64,000 bases of DNA, from IMG/VR virus record IMGVR_UViG_3300032116_000004, positions 1 to 64,000 of that record, one strand, 5' to 3'. A model generated the notes under the pieces. It ran no database searches. It saw nothing but the letters and a program-made list of their open reading frames with translations, and was not told the DNA's origin. The first letter of the stretch is position 1. Every line of letters begins with the position of its first letter. Both the position numbers and the translations under genes were made by a program. Below, piece by piece: positions 19,305-29,402 of this stretch.

Positions 19305-20294
19305 ATGGCATCATTAGCAGAAATCCGCGCTCGACTACAAGCCGCAGAGTCGAACAAAGGCGGACAATCACAAGGCGGCGACAACGCAATTTACCCCCAC
19401 TGGAACATCGATGAAGGACAGAGCGCAACGCTTCGTTTCCTTCCTGACGGCGACTCAAAGAACACTTTCTTCTGGGTCGAACGGGCGATGATCAAACTGC
19501 CATTCAATGGCGTCAAAGGGGAAATGGATTCCAAACAGGTCCAAGTGCAGGTTCCCTGCGTAGAGATGTGGGGCGATGCTTGCCCGATCTTGGCAGAAGT
19601 GCGCACCTGGTTCAAAGACAAAGCCCTTGAAGACATGGGCCGTAAGTATTGGAAGAAGCGTTCATACATCATGCAAGGATTCGTCCGCGAAAATCCCCTG
19701 GCAGATGACAAGACACCGGAAAATCCCATACGCCGATTCATCATCGGTCCTCAGATTTTCCAAACAATCAAGTCCGCACTCATGGATCCAGAACTGGAAG
19801 AGTTGCCAACAGACTTGATGCGTGGTCTGGATTTCCGTATCACCAAGACATCCAAAGGTGGTTACGCAGACTACTCAACCTCCAAATGGGCTCGTAAGGA
19901 GAGTGCGTTGACAGAAGCAGAACAGGCCGCGATCGAGGCTCATGGCTTGTTCAATTTGTCCGACTTCCTTCCTAAGAAACCCGGCGAAGCAGAACTCAAA
20001 GTTATGAAAGAAATGTTTGAGGCTTCTGTCGACGGCAAACCTTACGATCCCGACCGTTGGGGTGCATACTTCCGTCCGGCTGGTGTAGCGGCTCCGCAAG
20101 GTTCTTCCACAGGCTCTGAAACTGTTGTAGAATCAGCCGCACCAGTGGAGAAGTCGGCACCTGTTTCTACTGCCATCTCGTTCGACGAAGGCGATGACGC
20201 ACCCACGCCCACAGCGCCGGTGCAGGCCAAACCAGGTGCACAAAATGCCCAAGACATCTTGGCCATGATCCGCGCACGTCAAAACAAACAGTAA
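19305..20294 (+). CDS. single-stranded DNA-binding protein (gp32-like)
   Basis: LRFLPD, C...G..CPI, KYWKKRSY, G.DFRI.KT..GGYADYSTS, acidic low-complexity tail. Confidence 0.9.
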   Translation: MASLAEIRARLQAAESNKGGQSQGGDNAIYPHWNIDEGQSATLRFLPDGDSKNTFFWVERAMIKLPFNGVKGEMDSKQVQVQVPCVEMWGDACPILAEVRTWFKDKALEDMGRKYWKKRSYIMQGFVRENPLADDKTPENPIRRFIIGPQIFQTIKSALMDPELEELPTDLMRGLDFRITKTSKGGYADYSTSKWARKESALTEAEQAAIEAHGLFNLSDFLPKKPGEAELKVMKEMFEASVDGKPYDPDRWGAYFRPAGVAAPQGSSTGSETVVESAAPVEKSAPVSTAISFDEGDDAPTPTAPVQAKPGAQNAQDILAMIRARQNKQ

Positions 20295-20310
20295 TATATA
20301 CGAGCAATCA

Positions 20311-20335
20311 CACAGGGGTTCGCCCCTGTGTTCTT
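20311..20335 (+). terminator. UUCG hairpin / terminator or attenuator between SSB and uvsX
   Basis: CACAGGGG-TTCG-CCCCTGTG followed by TTCTT. Confidence 0.6.
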
Positions 20336-20350
20336 CTAGACAGGTGAAAT

Positions 20351-21409
20351 ATGGGTAAACCCTTTGACGTTTCAAAATTCCGCAAGGAAATAACAAAATC
20401 AATCGATGGATTGAGTATCGGTTTCAATGATCCAACAGACTGGATCTCTACAGGTAATTTCGCCTTGAATTATCTTATCTCTGGAGACTTTAACAAAGGT
20501 GTGCCCTTGGGCAAGGTCACTGTGTTCGCCGGTGAGTCTGGTGCAGGCAAAAGTTATATCTGTAGTGGCAACATCGTCAAGCATGCGCAGGAACAAGGTA
20601 TTTTTGTGGTATTGATTGACACAGAGAACGCCTTGGACGAAGCATGGTTGCACGCCCTGGGGGTGGATACAGATGAACGGAAACTGTTAAAACTGAGCAT
20701 GGCCATGATCGATGATGTGGCCAAAACTATTTCAACATTCATGGCTGACTACAAAGGCTTGCCTGCAGATGAACGCCCCAAGGTCATGTTTGTGATCGAC
20801 TCTGTGGGTATGTTGCTCACACCCACTGACGTGAACCAGTTTGAAGCCGGTGACATGAAAGGTGACCTAGGTCGCAAAGCCAAGAGCCTTACTGCTTTGG
20901 TGCGTAACTGCGTAAACATGTTTGGTAACTACAACGTGGGCATGGTGTGTACCAATCATACCTATGCCAGCCAAGACATGTTCGATCCTGATGATAAAAT
21001 CTCCGGCGGTCAAGGCTTTATCTATGCTTCTAGTATTGTGGTTGCCATGCGCAAACTCAAACTCAAAGAAGATGAAGATGGCAACAAAATTTCAGATGTC
21101 ATGGGTATCCGATCTGCTTGTAAAGTGATGAAAACACGCTATGCCAAACCATTCGAAGGTGTGCAGGTCAAGATCCCCTATGAAACAGGTATGAATCCTT
21201 ATTCCGGACTCACCGACTTGGCAGAGAAAAAAGGTATGTTAAAGAAAGATGGCAACAAACTCATGTTTGTGACCAGCGAAGGAGAGATCATTAAATACTT
21301 CCGCAAAGGCTGGGAATCCAACGAAGACGGTTGCCTTGACAAAGTCATGCGAGATTTCCAAAATCAGAAGACTGAGGTAAGTATTGCTGAATCAGAACAG
21401 GAGGAATAA
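20351..21409 (+). CDS. uvsX: RecA-like recombinase UvsX
   Basis: STGNFALN..ISG, AGESGAGKS, IDTENA, VIDSVG, NHTY, SGGQG..YASS. Confidence 0.93.
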   Translation: MGKPFDVSKFRKEITKSIDGLSIGFNDPTDWISTGNFALNYLISGDFNKGVPLGKVTVFAGESGAGKSYICSGNIVKHAQEQGIFVVLIDTENALDEAWLHALGVDTDERKLLKLSMAMIDDVAKTISTFMADYKGLPADERPKVMFVIDSVGMLLTPTDVNQFEAGDMKGDLGRKAKSLTALVRNCVNMFGNYNVGMVCTNHTYASQDMFDPDDKISGGQGFIYASSIVVAMRKLKLKEDEDGNKISDVMGIRSACKVMKTRYAKPFEGVQVKIPYETGMNPYSGLTDLAEKKGMLKKDGNKLMFVTSEGEIIKYFRKGWESNEDGCLDKVMRDFQNQKTEVSIAESEQEE

Positions 21410-21412
21410 CTG

Positions 21413-21652
21413 ATGTCAGTAGAATTAGCCGCAGAAATTTGGACCGAAGTCAAACGCTATGTCAACTCTGTAGACAGATCTGAAGCCGCAGAAACCTTGG
21501 TCACGGTATTGATTGACAACGACGTCAGCGCCGAAGAAATCAAAAATTCATTCAAGGGCGATGGCGACGTAAAACGTGCCTTGGCAGAATATCTCAAGGA
21601 AGAAGAAGATCTTGGGGAAGATGAAGAAGACGATTACGATGACGAGTATTGA
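21413..21652 (+). CDS. hypothetical acidic protein
   Basis: GGAGG RBS; 79 aa with acidic tail. Confidence 0.75.
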   Translation: MSVELAAEIWTEVKRYVNSVDRSEAAETLVTVLIDNDVSAEEIKNSFKGDGDVKRALAEYLKEEEDLGEDEEDDYDDEY

Positions 21653-22902
21653 TGTCTGCGAAATATTTCCCAATCAAAACTGCCACTGCTTGTCAATTAA
21701 AATGGAATTGGTCTACCCTGTATCTACACGATGAAACTACAGCCAGTTGTCATCGCACAGGTTGGAGTCCTTTGACTGTAGAAAATTTTGACGATTTCCA
21801 TAACACCGAGAAAAAAAAACAAGAGCGTATCGCAATGTTGGACGGCCAATGGCCCAAAGAAAGTTGTGGATACTGTAGAGAAATAGAACAGTCGGGCGGG
21901 TTCAGTGATAGGATGTTGCATCTCAATATTCCTGACCTGGTTCCGCCGGAGTTAGGCCATGATCCAACAGCCATTACAGTATCTCCGACAATATTGGAAG
22001 TTTTTTTTAACAACACTTGCAATCTGGCCTGCCTTTATTGTTTGCCAGAATTGAGCAGTAAACTACATCAGGAAAATGTCAAATTTGGTGACTTCATAGC
22101 TGGACATATCAAACTGACGCCAGCACCTCGCCCACAAAACTATCCAGCACTGTTGGAAAAATTTTGGTCCTGGATGGATAAAAATTCTGGATCCTTGCGT
22201 AGGTTCAATGTGCTAGGAGGGGAACCATTCTATCAGGCTGAGTTTGAGAAATTGTTAGAGTTTTTTGAAAATAATCCACACTCCGATCTTGAATTAGGTA
22301 TAGTGACCAATCTAATGGTTTCTCAAGACAAACTAGATAAATTTGTGAAAATATTCCGTTCTTTGCTGGTAAAGAAACATCTCAAGCGCATTGACATAAC
22401 CTGTAGCATCGACTGCTGGGGACCTGAACAAGAATATGTCCGATATGGAGTTGATTTGGCATCATGGGAAAAAAATTTCCTAACTCTATTGACACACAAG
22501 TGGTTGACCATTAATATCAATCAGACTATATCAGTGCTAACTATCAAGACCATGCCTCAACTGTTGGAAAAACTATCATCGTGGAGGAATCAGCATCCTG
22601 TAGGACATTATTTTTCTGCCATCAGTCCACAACCTGGATATCTCATGCCTCATATAGTTGGAAAAGGAATTTTCCAAGAAGATTTTGATCGCATACTAGA
22701 TCTCATGCCAACAGATACCGAACAGGATCAGACATCCCTCAAATATATGCAAGGAATACGAGATCGAATCGAAAATTCTCAACCAGATCTACAATGTAAA
22801 TCTGATCTCAAATTATTCCTTGATGAAAAAGATCGTCGTAGGGGTAATAGTTGGCGCAAAACATTTCCGTGGCTGGTCAAGGAAATAGATAATGTGGTAT
22901 AG
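21649..22902 (+). CDS. radical SAM protein
   Basis: CNLACLYC (CxxxCxxC), GGEPF, VTNL, SID.W...EYVRYG; extra N-terminal Cys cluster (C..W, SCH, C.YC). Confidence 0.88.
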   Translation: MMSAKYFPIKTATACQLKWNWSTLYLHDETTASCHRTGWSPLTVENFDDFHNTEKKKQERIAMLDGQWPKESCGYCREIEQSGGFSDRMLHLNIPDLVPPELGHDPTAITVSPTILEVFFNNTCNLACLYCLPELSSKLHQENVKFGDFIAGHIKLTPAPRPQNYPALLEKFWSWMDKNSGSLRRFNVLGGEPFYQAEFEKLLEFFENNPHSDLELGIVTNLMVSQDKLDKFVKIFRSLLVKKHLKRIDITCSIDCWGPEQEYVRYGVDLASWEKNFLTLLTHKWLTININQTISVLTIKTMPQLLEKLSSWRNQHPVGHYFSAISPQPGYLMPHIVGKGIFQEDFDRILDLMPTDTEQDQTSLKYMQGIRDRIENSQPDLQCKSDLKLFLDEKDRRRGNSWRKTFPWLVKEIDNVV

Positions 22903-23344
22903 CCGAGTAGTTGCTAACCTGAGTGCTATTCCAGATTTTATAGCACACTACGAGCGCGAGCTAGAGGAAGCCAAACGCGAGTGCAGGATCGGTGGCTTTG
23001 TTGAAACCAATATCAAGGAATTGCCCGGTATCACTGAACATCGTTTTAACCAATTGCAAGAGATAGAAGCCATCTTAAACTATCTCAATATCCAATTGCG
23101 CAAGATCCGCCGTCGCCATTTCCAGAAGTATCTCGAGGGTTACGCCCGGGCGCTGACCAGCCGAGACGCGGAAAAATATGTAGATGGCGAGGACGAGGTC
23201 ATTGATTTTGAGACCATCATCAACGAAGTGGCTCTCTTACGTAATCGTTGGTTGGGTATCATGAAAGGGCTTGATACTAAACAATGGCAAATGGGACATA
23301 TCGTCCGCTTGCGCACAGCGGGGATGGAAGACATCCAGGTATGA
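22892..23344 (+). CDS. uvsY: recombination mediator UvsY
   Basis: Helical 150 aa near uvsX; KYVDGED, K.LD.K.WQ...IVRLR.AG. Confidence 0.8.
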   Translation: MWYSRVVANLSAIPDFIAHYERELEEAKRECRIGGFVETNIKELPGITEHRFNQLQEIEAILNYLNIQLRKIRRRHFQKYLEGYARALTSRDAEKYVDGEDEVIDFETIINEVALLRNRWLGIMKGLDTKQWQMGHIVRLRTAGMEDIQV

Positions 23345-24369
23345 TCAGTCGTTTACGACTGCATGACAATGGCCGAGTTTTATATTATGATGCTTGGCGC
23401 AATATCACTTCACAAGAACTGAGATCCGATGGGTTTGTTCCATTACTGGAACAGGATCTTGAACAACACAGACTTTCATTGAACGATGCCCGCGATTATA
23501 TTTGGGTTTTTGATCTCAAGCCCGAAGGCATTGATGCTGGAGACATGCAAGGAATGTTTGATTTGTTATGTCAAAGAAGACAGGTTCCTGTTGAAAATTT
23601 CCGGGTAATATTCAGTTGTGTAGAACAGATTGATCGATTGCCTTATCGAGCTACATCACTGCCCGACAGATTGATCTACAATGGTAATTGGTATGATCAT
23701 CTTCGGCATTACCGCATCAACTGGGCAGGCTTGCCAATGACGCACCGACTGACCTGTCTCATGCGAAGGCCCAGCATCGGCAGAGCGAATCTCGCAAAAC
23801 GGCTGCTATCAAAATTCAGATCTGATGAACTGATAATGACGTTTGGCACCAATGGTGTGGAGCCCAGCGATGACATCAAGCAGTTGATATGGCCGCGACC
23901 ATATCCCATGATTGTTGACCGCCCTATGGCTGATCAAGTTTTTCAGCATCGCATAGATCATGATTTTTTCTATCGAGCACCTGTGAATCTAGTAGTAGAA
24001 AGTTCCAGCCAGATCGACCCCAACACCTGGCGCAGTATTTTTATCACAGAAAAAACTTTCAAAGCCATGGCATGGCATCAGTTTCCTGTTTGGTATGCAG
24101 TGCCCGGCTTGGTGGCCCAAGTGAGGCGCATGGGGTTTGATGTGTTTGATGATGTGTTTGACAATCACTCATATGATGATATACCAGATCCCTGGGTGCG
24201 CATGACTCAGGTAGTGCAATTGGTGCATCGTGTCAGCCAGCAAGACATGGTAGAATTGAGACAACAACATTGGGATCGATTGCAAGCCAATGCTCAACTG
24301 ATCGACTATATACATGCCACAGCCATAGTTAGGCATACACAGATATTGGAAGAATTTTCTCATGCATAA
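23341..24369 (+). CDS. putative glycosyltransferase-like protein (FITEKT family)
   Basis: CLMRRP...R, NLVVES, FITEKTFK, GFDVFDD..D.HSYD; reminiscent of GT10-like donor-binding segment. Confidence 0.55.
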   Translation: MISRLRLHDNGRVLYYDAWRNITSQELRSDGFVPLLEQDLEQHRLSLNDARDYIWVFDLKPEGIDAGDMQGMFDLLCQRRQVPVENFRVIFSCVEQIDRLPYRATSLPDRLIYNGNWYDHLRHYRINWAGLPMTHRLTCLMRRPSIGRANLAKRLLSKFRSDELIMTFGTNGVEPSDDIKQLIWPRPYPMIVDRPMADQVFQHRIDHDFFYRAPVNLVVESSSQIDPNTWRSIFITEKTFKAMAWHQFPVWYAVPGLVAQVRRMGFDVFDDVFDNHSYDDIPDPWVRMTQVVQLVHRVSQQDMVELRQQHWDRLQANAQLIDYIHATAIVRHTQILEEFSHA

Positions 24370-25126
24370 AGGATTCTCAAGTCCACAAGCCAGCCACGAG
24401 CACAGTCTTCAAGTGCTGGAATCGCTGTATGAACACGACGATTTCATGGAAAGCGTGGGCCGCGTGATAGACCTAGGATGCGGAGCAGATGCTCTGGATC
24501 TCACCTGGTGGGCCACCCGAACCACCAGAGATGACAACCCTAGACCTCTCAATATCACTTGCACAGGTGTGGATACCGTGGTCGATTCACTGGCACCCCC
24601 AGCTAGACGTGCCGGCGTCCACTACATAAAACAAGATCTAGAGACTCTCAATCAAACCAAACACCGATATGACCTACTGTGGTGTCATGACACGTTCCAA
24701 TACATGATCAATCCCCTGGGTTGCCTGTCCAATTGGTGGAACATCGCCAATCCTGGTGCCATGCTGGTGCTCATGGTGCCGCAAACCACCAACATCGAAT
24801 TCCAGCGCCAGGCCTTTGACCTGCCCAGTCATTGTTATTACAATCACACCGTGGTCAGCTTGATGTATATGTTGGCCACTACCGGTTGGGACTGCTCATC
24901 GGGATTCTTCCAAAAAAATCCCGCAGATCCCTGGATCAACATCATAGTGTATCGCAGTGGTCATCAGCCCAGCGATCCCAAGACCACGTCGTGGTATCAT
25001 CTAGCCGAACGAGGCATGTTACCTTCCAGCGCAGTGGTAAGTTTGGATCGATATGGCTATGTGCGCCAGAGAGATCTGTTATTGCCTTGGTTGGACAAAA
25101 GCCTGGCCTATTTTGGCGATCATTGA
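24362..25126 (+). CDS. class I SAM-dependent methyltransferase
   Basis: VIDLGCG, YDLLWCHDTFQY, PGAML. Confidence 0.8.
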   Translation: MHKGFSSPQASHEHSLQVLESLYEHDDFMESVGRVIDLGCGADALDLTWWATRTTRDDNPRPLNITCTGVDTVVDSLAPPARRAGVHYIKQDLETLNQTKHRYDLLWCHDTFQYMINPLGCLSNWWNIANPGAMLVLMVPQTTNIEFQRQAFDLPSHCYYNHTVVSLMYMLATTGWDCSSGFFQKNPADPWINIIVYRSGHQPSDPKTTSWYHLAERGMLPSSAVVSLDRYGYVRQRDLLLPWLDKSLAYFGDH

Positions 25127-25145
25127 TCGCAATAAACTGCGTAGA

Positions 25146-25151
25146 TAAATA
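25146..25151 (+). promoter_or_regulatory. late promoter-like TAAATA heading the modification operon
   Basis: TAAATA then GGAGG RBS and ATG 25167. Confidence 0.6.
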
Positions 25152-25166
25152 CCCCATGGAGGTCAC

Positions 25167-25895
25167 ATGGGATTCAGCAATCTAATCACAAAAGCAGTGG
25201 GTTCAGTAGCGCCCGAACTTGTAACTAATCGTCGGCCCACAGTCATTGAACTGGGCAATCAAACTCTCAAGAACACCAAGGCACGCGGTGAAATCTATCA
25301 AAAGCTAGGCATATCTCCGCCCGCAGAATTAGGTGGAACCAAAGATTGGTATCTCAGTCTAGGGTTTGATCGATACTTGGCCATTGACGTCAATACTGAA
25401 CGAGATGCAGTGGCCATGGATCTCAACGTAGACATACCCAAGACCTACGGATTCCATGAGCAGTTTGATCTGGTCACAAACAACGGCACCGGGGAACATG
25501 TGTTCAACCAATACATGGTGTTCAAGAATGCACATGACCTTTGCCGTGTGGGCGGATTCATGATCCATGTGCTGCCATTCTATCGCTGGGTGGATCATGG
25601 ATTCTTCAACTACAACCCCAATCTGTTTCCGTGCTTGGCCAATCAAAACGATTATGAGTTGAGAGAGTTATGGATCGCATCCAGTGATGCCCAATATCTA
25701 CACAAACTAGACGTCAACAATCTGGGTCGCAACAAAGGCTACAGAGGCAAACTAGAACTTGATACCTGGGAAAGCGATCCCATGGTGGCTGCTGTGTTCC
25801 GCAAAGTCAAGGATGCACCATTTGAAATACCCATACAGCACATGTATGGTGGTGACAACATCAGCGACGATGGCATCGCTGGAAATTACCGATGA
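25167..25895 (+). CDS. class I SAM-dependent methyltransferase-like protein
   Basis: IELGNQ, DLN, FDLVTNNGTGEHVFNQ, GG.MIH..P, DHGFFNY. Confidence 0.75.
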   Translation: MGFSNLITKAVGSVAPELVTNRRPTVIELGNQTLKNTKARGEIYQKLGISPPAELGGTKDWYLSLGFDRYLAIDVNTERDAVAMDLNVDIPKTYGFHEQFDLVTNNGTGEHVFNQYMVFKNAHDLCRVGGFMIHVLPFYRWVDHGFFNYNPNLFPCLANQNDYELRELWIASSDAQYLHKLDVNNLGRNKGYRGKLELDTWESDPMVAAVFRKVKDAPFEIPIQHMYGGDNISDDGIAGNYR

Positions 25896-26551
25896 TCACT
25901 GCTGACAGACCTTATTCCGAACAGGAACTTGCAGTGGCCGAACGTGTGCGCGAGTTCACGATGACCAGCGGAAAATTCGTGATTTTTACCCAGCGCCTGA
26001 TACAAGATCTCAATCAACGAGACATACCCGGAGCGGTGGTTGAATGTGGCGTCTGGCGCGGAGGTCAGATCATGGCCGCTGCCATGGTAGACGATCATGA
26101 AAGAGATTATTGGCTCTATGATACATTTGAAGGTATGCAAGGAGTGTCTGAATATGATTATAGAGAAGGCAAACATGCCACTGAAAGTTTAAAATGGCGC
26201 AAAGGTGGACACGAAGGCCGCAACTGGTGCAGAGCCGATCTAGATGATGTGCAGAACAATGTATGGTCGGTATTGCCCCCGCATAGGACACATTTCATCA
26301 AGGGAGATGTAAGCCAAACTTTGACATCATCGGATCTACCGGATCAGATAGCATTTTTGAGATTGGACACAGATTTTTATCTCAGCACAAAGATTGAGTT
26401 AGAAGTGTTATATCCTCGACTGGTCAGTGGTGGGTATCTCGTGATTGATGACTATCACAGTTGGGATGGCGCTAAAAAAGCCGTGGATGAATATTTTGGT
26501 CCCGACCAAGAATTCACCAAACAAAAATTTGTAGTGGTGCAGAAATCATGA
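25892..26551 (+). CDS. TylF/MycF/NovP-family sugar O-methyltransferase
   Basis: IPGAVVECGVWRGG, YDTFEGM, IKG.V..TL, IAFLRLDTDFY.ST..EL..LYPRLVSGG...IDDY..W.G.KKAVDEYF. Confidence 0.92.
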   Translation: MITADRPYSEQELAVAERVREFTMTSGKFVIFTQRLIQDLNQRDIPGAVVECGVWRGGQIMAAAMVDDHERDYWLYDTFEGMQGVSEYDYREGKHATESLKWRKGGHEGRNWCRADLDDVQNNVWSVLPPHRTHFIKGDVSQTLTSSDLPDQIAFLRLDTDFYLSTKIELEVLYPRLVSGGYLVIDDYHSWDGAKKAVDEYFGPDQEFTKQKFVVVQKS

Positions 26552-27357
26552 ATCCCACTTGGACATGCTTTACCAGTTTTAATCGCAGGCTATACGACAT
26601 CATCGCCGAGGAGATGCTGGCTTCATGGTTGCATCACTGGCCCCAAGATGCAAAAATGGTAGTGTATCTTGAAGACGATATCGATTTGCCCACGGATCCT
26701 CGACTTGAGATCAGAGACTGGCAGACCTGTTGCGGTCAAAACTTTGATCATATCGCGCAGAACTCAACCACACTGATGCCTCATTGGGGCAGTCAGCATA
26801 CTCAACGCTATACCAAAAAAGGACTGGCCTGGGTCCATATGATGAATCACAGTCACGATCGGATATGCTGGTTAGATGCAGATAGTTTTACCATGCGTCC
26901 TTTTGAATCGCAACATCTGGATCGTGCGTTGGAAGATCACTGTGTGGCACTGTTTGATGTGAGTCGGCCCGTGGATGATCGATTGGTCGTTACCGCAGAA
27001 AGTGGCTTCGTGTTGATCGACACTGCACATGCTGATTTTTCCAAATTCCGAGATGAATATTCGCGCTATTATCTTGAGCCTTGCATGCCTGAATCAGCAT
27101 GGATGTTTTGGGACGGAGAGATATGCATGCATGCGGCATTGACCGTGGATCATGTCAATCTTCGATCTCAATGCCATAGGAAAAAAAGCACACCCATACA
27201 TGGTCATTGGTTGGGAGAATGGTTCCGTCATATGAAAACCAAGAGAAAAAAACACTGGCCTCTTTCGGCCTATAGAGAATTATGGCTCAATGGTCATGAA
27301 TTATCATCGGATGATATCAAGCCATTTTATCAACAAGGAAACAGCGATGCATCTTGA
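26548..27357 (+). CDS. GT-A fold glycosyltransferase
   Basis: ICWLDAD DxD motif, ESGFV, WDG, H.K; paralog of 31959-32798. Confidence 0.7.
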   Translation: MNPTWTCFTSFNRRLYDIIAEEMLASWLHHWPQDAKMVVYLEDDIDLPTDPRLEIRDWQTCCGQNFDHIAQNSTTLMPHWGSQHTQRYTKKGLAWVHMMNHSHDRICWLDADSFTMRPFESQHLDRALEDHCVALFDVSRPVDDRLVVTAESGFVLIDTAHADFSKFRDEYSRYYLEPCMPESAWMFWDGEICMHAALTVDHVNLRSQCHRKKSTPIHGHWLGEWFRHMKTKRKKHWPLSAYRELWLNGHELSSDDIKPFYQQGNSDAS

Positions 27358-28081
27358 TGTAACACAGACCATAACCAAAGACGATCTCCTACAGGATCCT
27401 TGCCCGTATTTTTGCATCCATGATGCTCTACCGCAGACATTGTATGATCAGTTGATAGCAGAGTATCCTGAAGCACACATGATGCAGGATGGCAAGACAC
27501 ATTTCCAGGCACGCCGTTATCGTCAGCATGAATTCGTTCCAGGAACTGTGTCTCCATTGTGGCAAGAATTTGTGGCCTATCACAACAGTGTGTCTTTCAA
27601 AAATCGTGTGTTGGATCTTTTTGAACCAGCCCTGGAAAAGTATTATCCAGAGTTTGCCCAAGATCTACGTGATGCAGGAGTATCAGAACGGCATGATGGT
27701 CGCGCTGGCACAGTGCAGATGGAAGTGCAGTTCGTTCTTAACGGTCAGCAAGATACCACAGTGAGGACCACGCATTTGGACAACAGCCGAGAACTGTTTG
27801 CTGGCCTGTTGTATATGCGCAAACCCGAAGACACCAGCGTGGGCGGCGACATCCAGGTGTTCCGCAAACTGGTGCCCGCTCCAGAATACACTGGCATCAG
27901 AGAAGTCAATCCGGATCATGTGGCAGCAGCCGGAACAGTTCCGTATCGTGCCAATACCATGATACTGTTTCTCAACACAGCAGATACCATCCACGGCGTG
28001 ACCCCGCGTATAGGTGCCAACTGTTTGCGCAGATACATCAACATAGACGCACATCAAGATAGGAAATTATTCCGAGTATGA
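27347..28081 (+). CDS. 2OG-Fe(II) oxygenase superfamily protein
   Basis: DP.PYF.I.DALP, THLDN, GLLYMR, GGD, N...F.NT...IHGVTPR, RRYIN. Confidence 0.8.
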   Translation: MHLDVTQTITKDDLLQDPCPYFCIHDALPQTLYDQLIAEYPEAHMMQDGKTHFQARRYRQHEFVPGTVSPLWQEFVAYHNSVSFKNRVLDLFEPALEKYYPEFAQDLRDAGVSERHDGRAGTVQMEVQFVLNGQQDTTVRTTHLDNSRELFAGLLYMRKPEDTSVGGDIQVFRKLVPAPEYTGIREVNPDHVAAAGTVPYRANTMILFLNTADTIHGVTPRIGANCLRRYINIDAHQDRKLFRV

Positions 28082-28638
28082 CTATAATCAATCAAAGTTA
28101 TCAACAACAGATACAGGCCATGCATGAAAAAGGCAAGTTCAACAACGGTGCCAAGCAATTCAAATTGGTCAGACCATTTATCGAACAATATCAACCCCGC
28201 GATCTCATTGATTTTGGTTGCGGCAAAGGTGCGCTGATCGCTACCATCAAAGAGAATTTTCCTGCCATAGAAGTGTTTGGATACGATCCAGGCAATCCAG
28301 ATTTCGCTGTCATGCCCACGCGGACTTTCGACACTATCATATCCACTGATGCCATCGAACATATCGAACCCGAGCACTTGGCTCAGAGCCTGGCAGTGAT
28401 GAGCGACAAGATGCAACGCTGTGGATTTTTCCGCATAGCCTGCCATCCTGCTAAAAAACTATTACCCGATGGGCGTAACTGCCATCTTATCGTAAAAGAG
28501 CCGGACTGGTGGCGAGAGCAGATACTTAAAAACATGCAGGTCAATATCGTATGGGAACGAGTAGAACCTTTCGATAGACGAGAAAAAAATCCCATACTGT
28601 TTGGCAGCAAATATGATGTGATATTGGAAAAACGATGA
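28078..28638 (+). CDS. class I SAM-dependent methyltransferase
   Basis: IDFGCGKG, YDPG, FDTIISTDAIEHI, N.HLIV....WW. Confidence 0.85.
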   Translation: MTIINQSYQQQIQAMHEKGKFNNGAKQFKLVRPFIEQYQPRDLIDFGCGKGALIATIKENFPAIEVFGYDPGNPDFAVMPTRTFDTIISTDAIEHIEPEHLAQSLAVMSDKMQRCGFFRIACHPAKKLLPDGRNCHLIVKEPDWWREQILKNMQVNIVWERVEPFDRREKNPILFGSKYDVILEKR

Positions 28639-29402
28639 AGAAAATAGTTTTGATAACCGGGGGATTCGATCCCATACATTCTGGGCACCTTGCTTACATC
28701 CAAGCAGCCAAGGCACTGGGAGACATCCTAGTGATAGGTGCCAACTCCGATGCATGGTTGCGACAAAAGAAAGGGCGTGCATTCATGCCTCTGCGCGAAC
28801 GCACTGCCATATTACGGGCTATCGCTGGTGTGGACTACGTGATAGATTTTGATGATTCAGACGGAACTGCAAAAAATGCCATCAGGATGTGTCGGCAGAG
28901 TTATCCGCAGGATGAGATTATTTTCGCCAACGGCGGTGATAGGACTGACTACAACTGTCCTGAGATGGATGTGGCCGATGACAATGTGAAGTTTGTGTTT
29001 GGCATAGGTGGATTCAACAAAGCCAATTCTTCGTCCTGGATACTGGAAGAATGGAAAGCGCCTCAGACACGACGTCCATGGGGTTATTATCGCGTGTTGC
29101 ATGAAACACCGGGAGTGAAAGTCAAAGAACTCACAGTAGAGCCAGGAGCCGCTCTCAGCATGCAACGTCATCAAGATCGCGCAGAATTCTGGTTGGTAGC
29201 ATCGGGCGAAGCCACGGTCTACACAGTGGATTCAACTACCACGGACACTGAACTACAGGGCCGTTATCAGCGTCATCAGTATCTACATATCAGCACACAT
29301 GAATGGCATCAGTTGGTCAACGAAGATCCTAACCCGCTCAAGATAGTGGAGATACAGTATGGTGATCGTTGTGAAGAAGAGGACATAGAAAGACAGTTAT
29401 GA
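28635..29402 (+). CDS. cytidylyltransferase-like (HxGH) domain fused to mannose-6-phosphate isomerase type II-like cupin
   Basis: TGGFDPIHSGH, G.NSD.WL..KKG, FANGGDR, SSS; then RPWGYY, KVKEL.V.PG..LS.QRH..R.E.W, EIQYG..C.E.DIER. Confidence 0.85.
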   Translation: MKKIVLITGGFDPIHSGHLAYIQAAKALGDILVIGANSDAWLRQKKGRAFMPLRERTAILRAIAGVDYVIDFDDSDGTAKNAIRMCRQSYPQDEIIFANGGDRTDYNCPEMDVADDNVKFVFGIGGFNKANSSSWILEEWKAPQTRRPWGYYRVLHETPGVKVKELTVEPGAALSMQRHQDRAEFWLVASGEATVYTVDSTTTDTELQGRYQRHQYLHISTHEWHQLVNEDPNPLKIVEIQYGDRCEEEDIERQL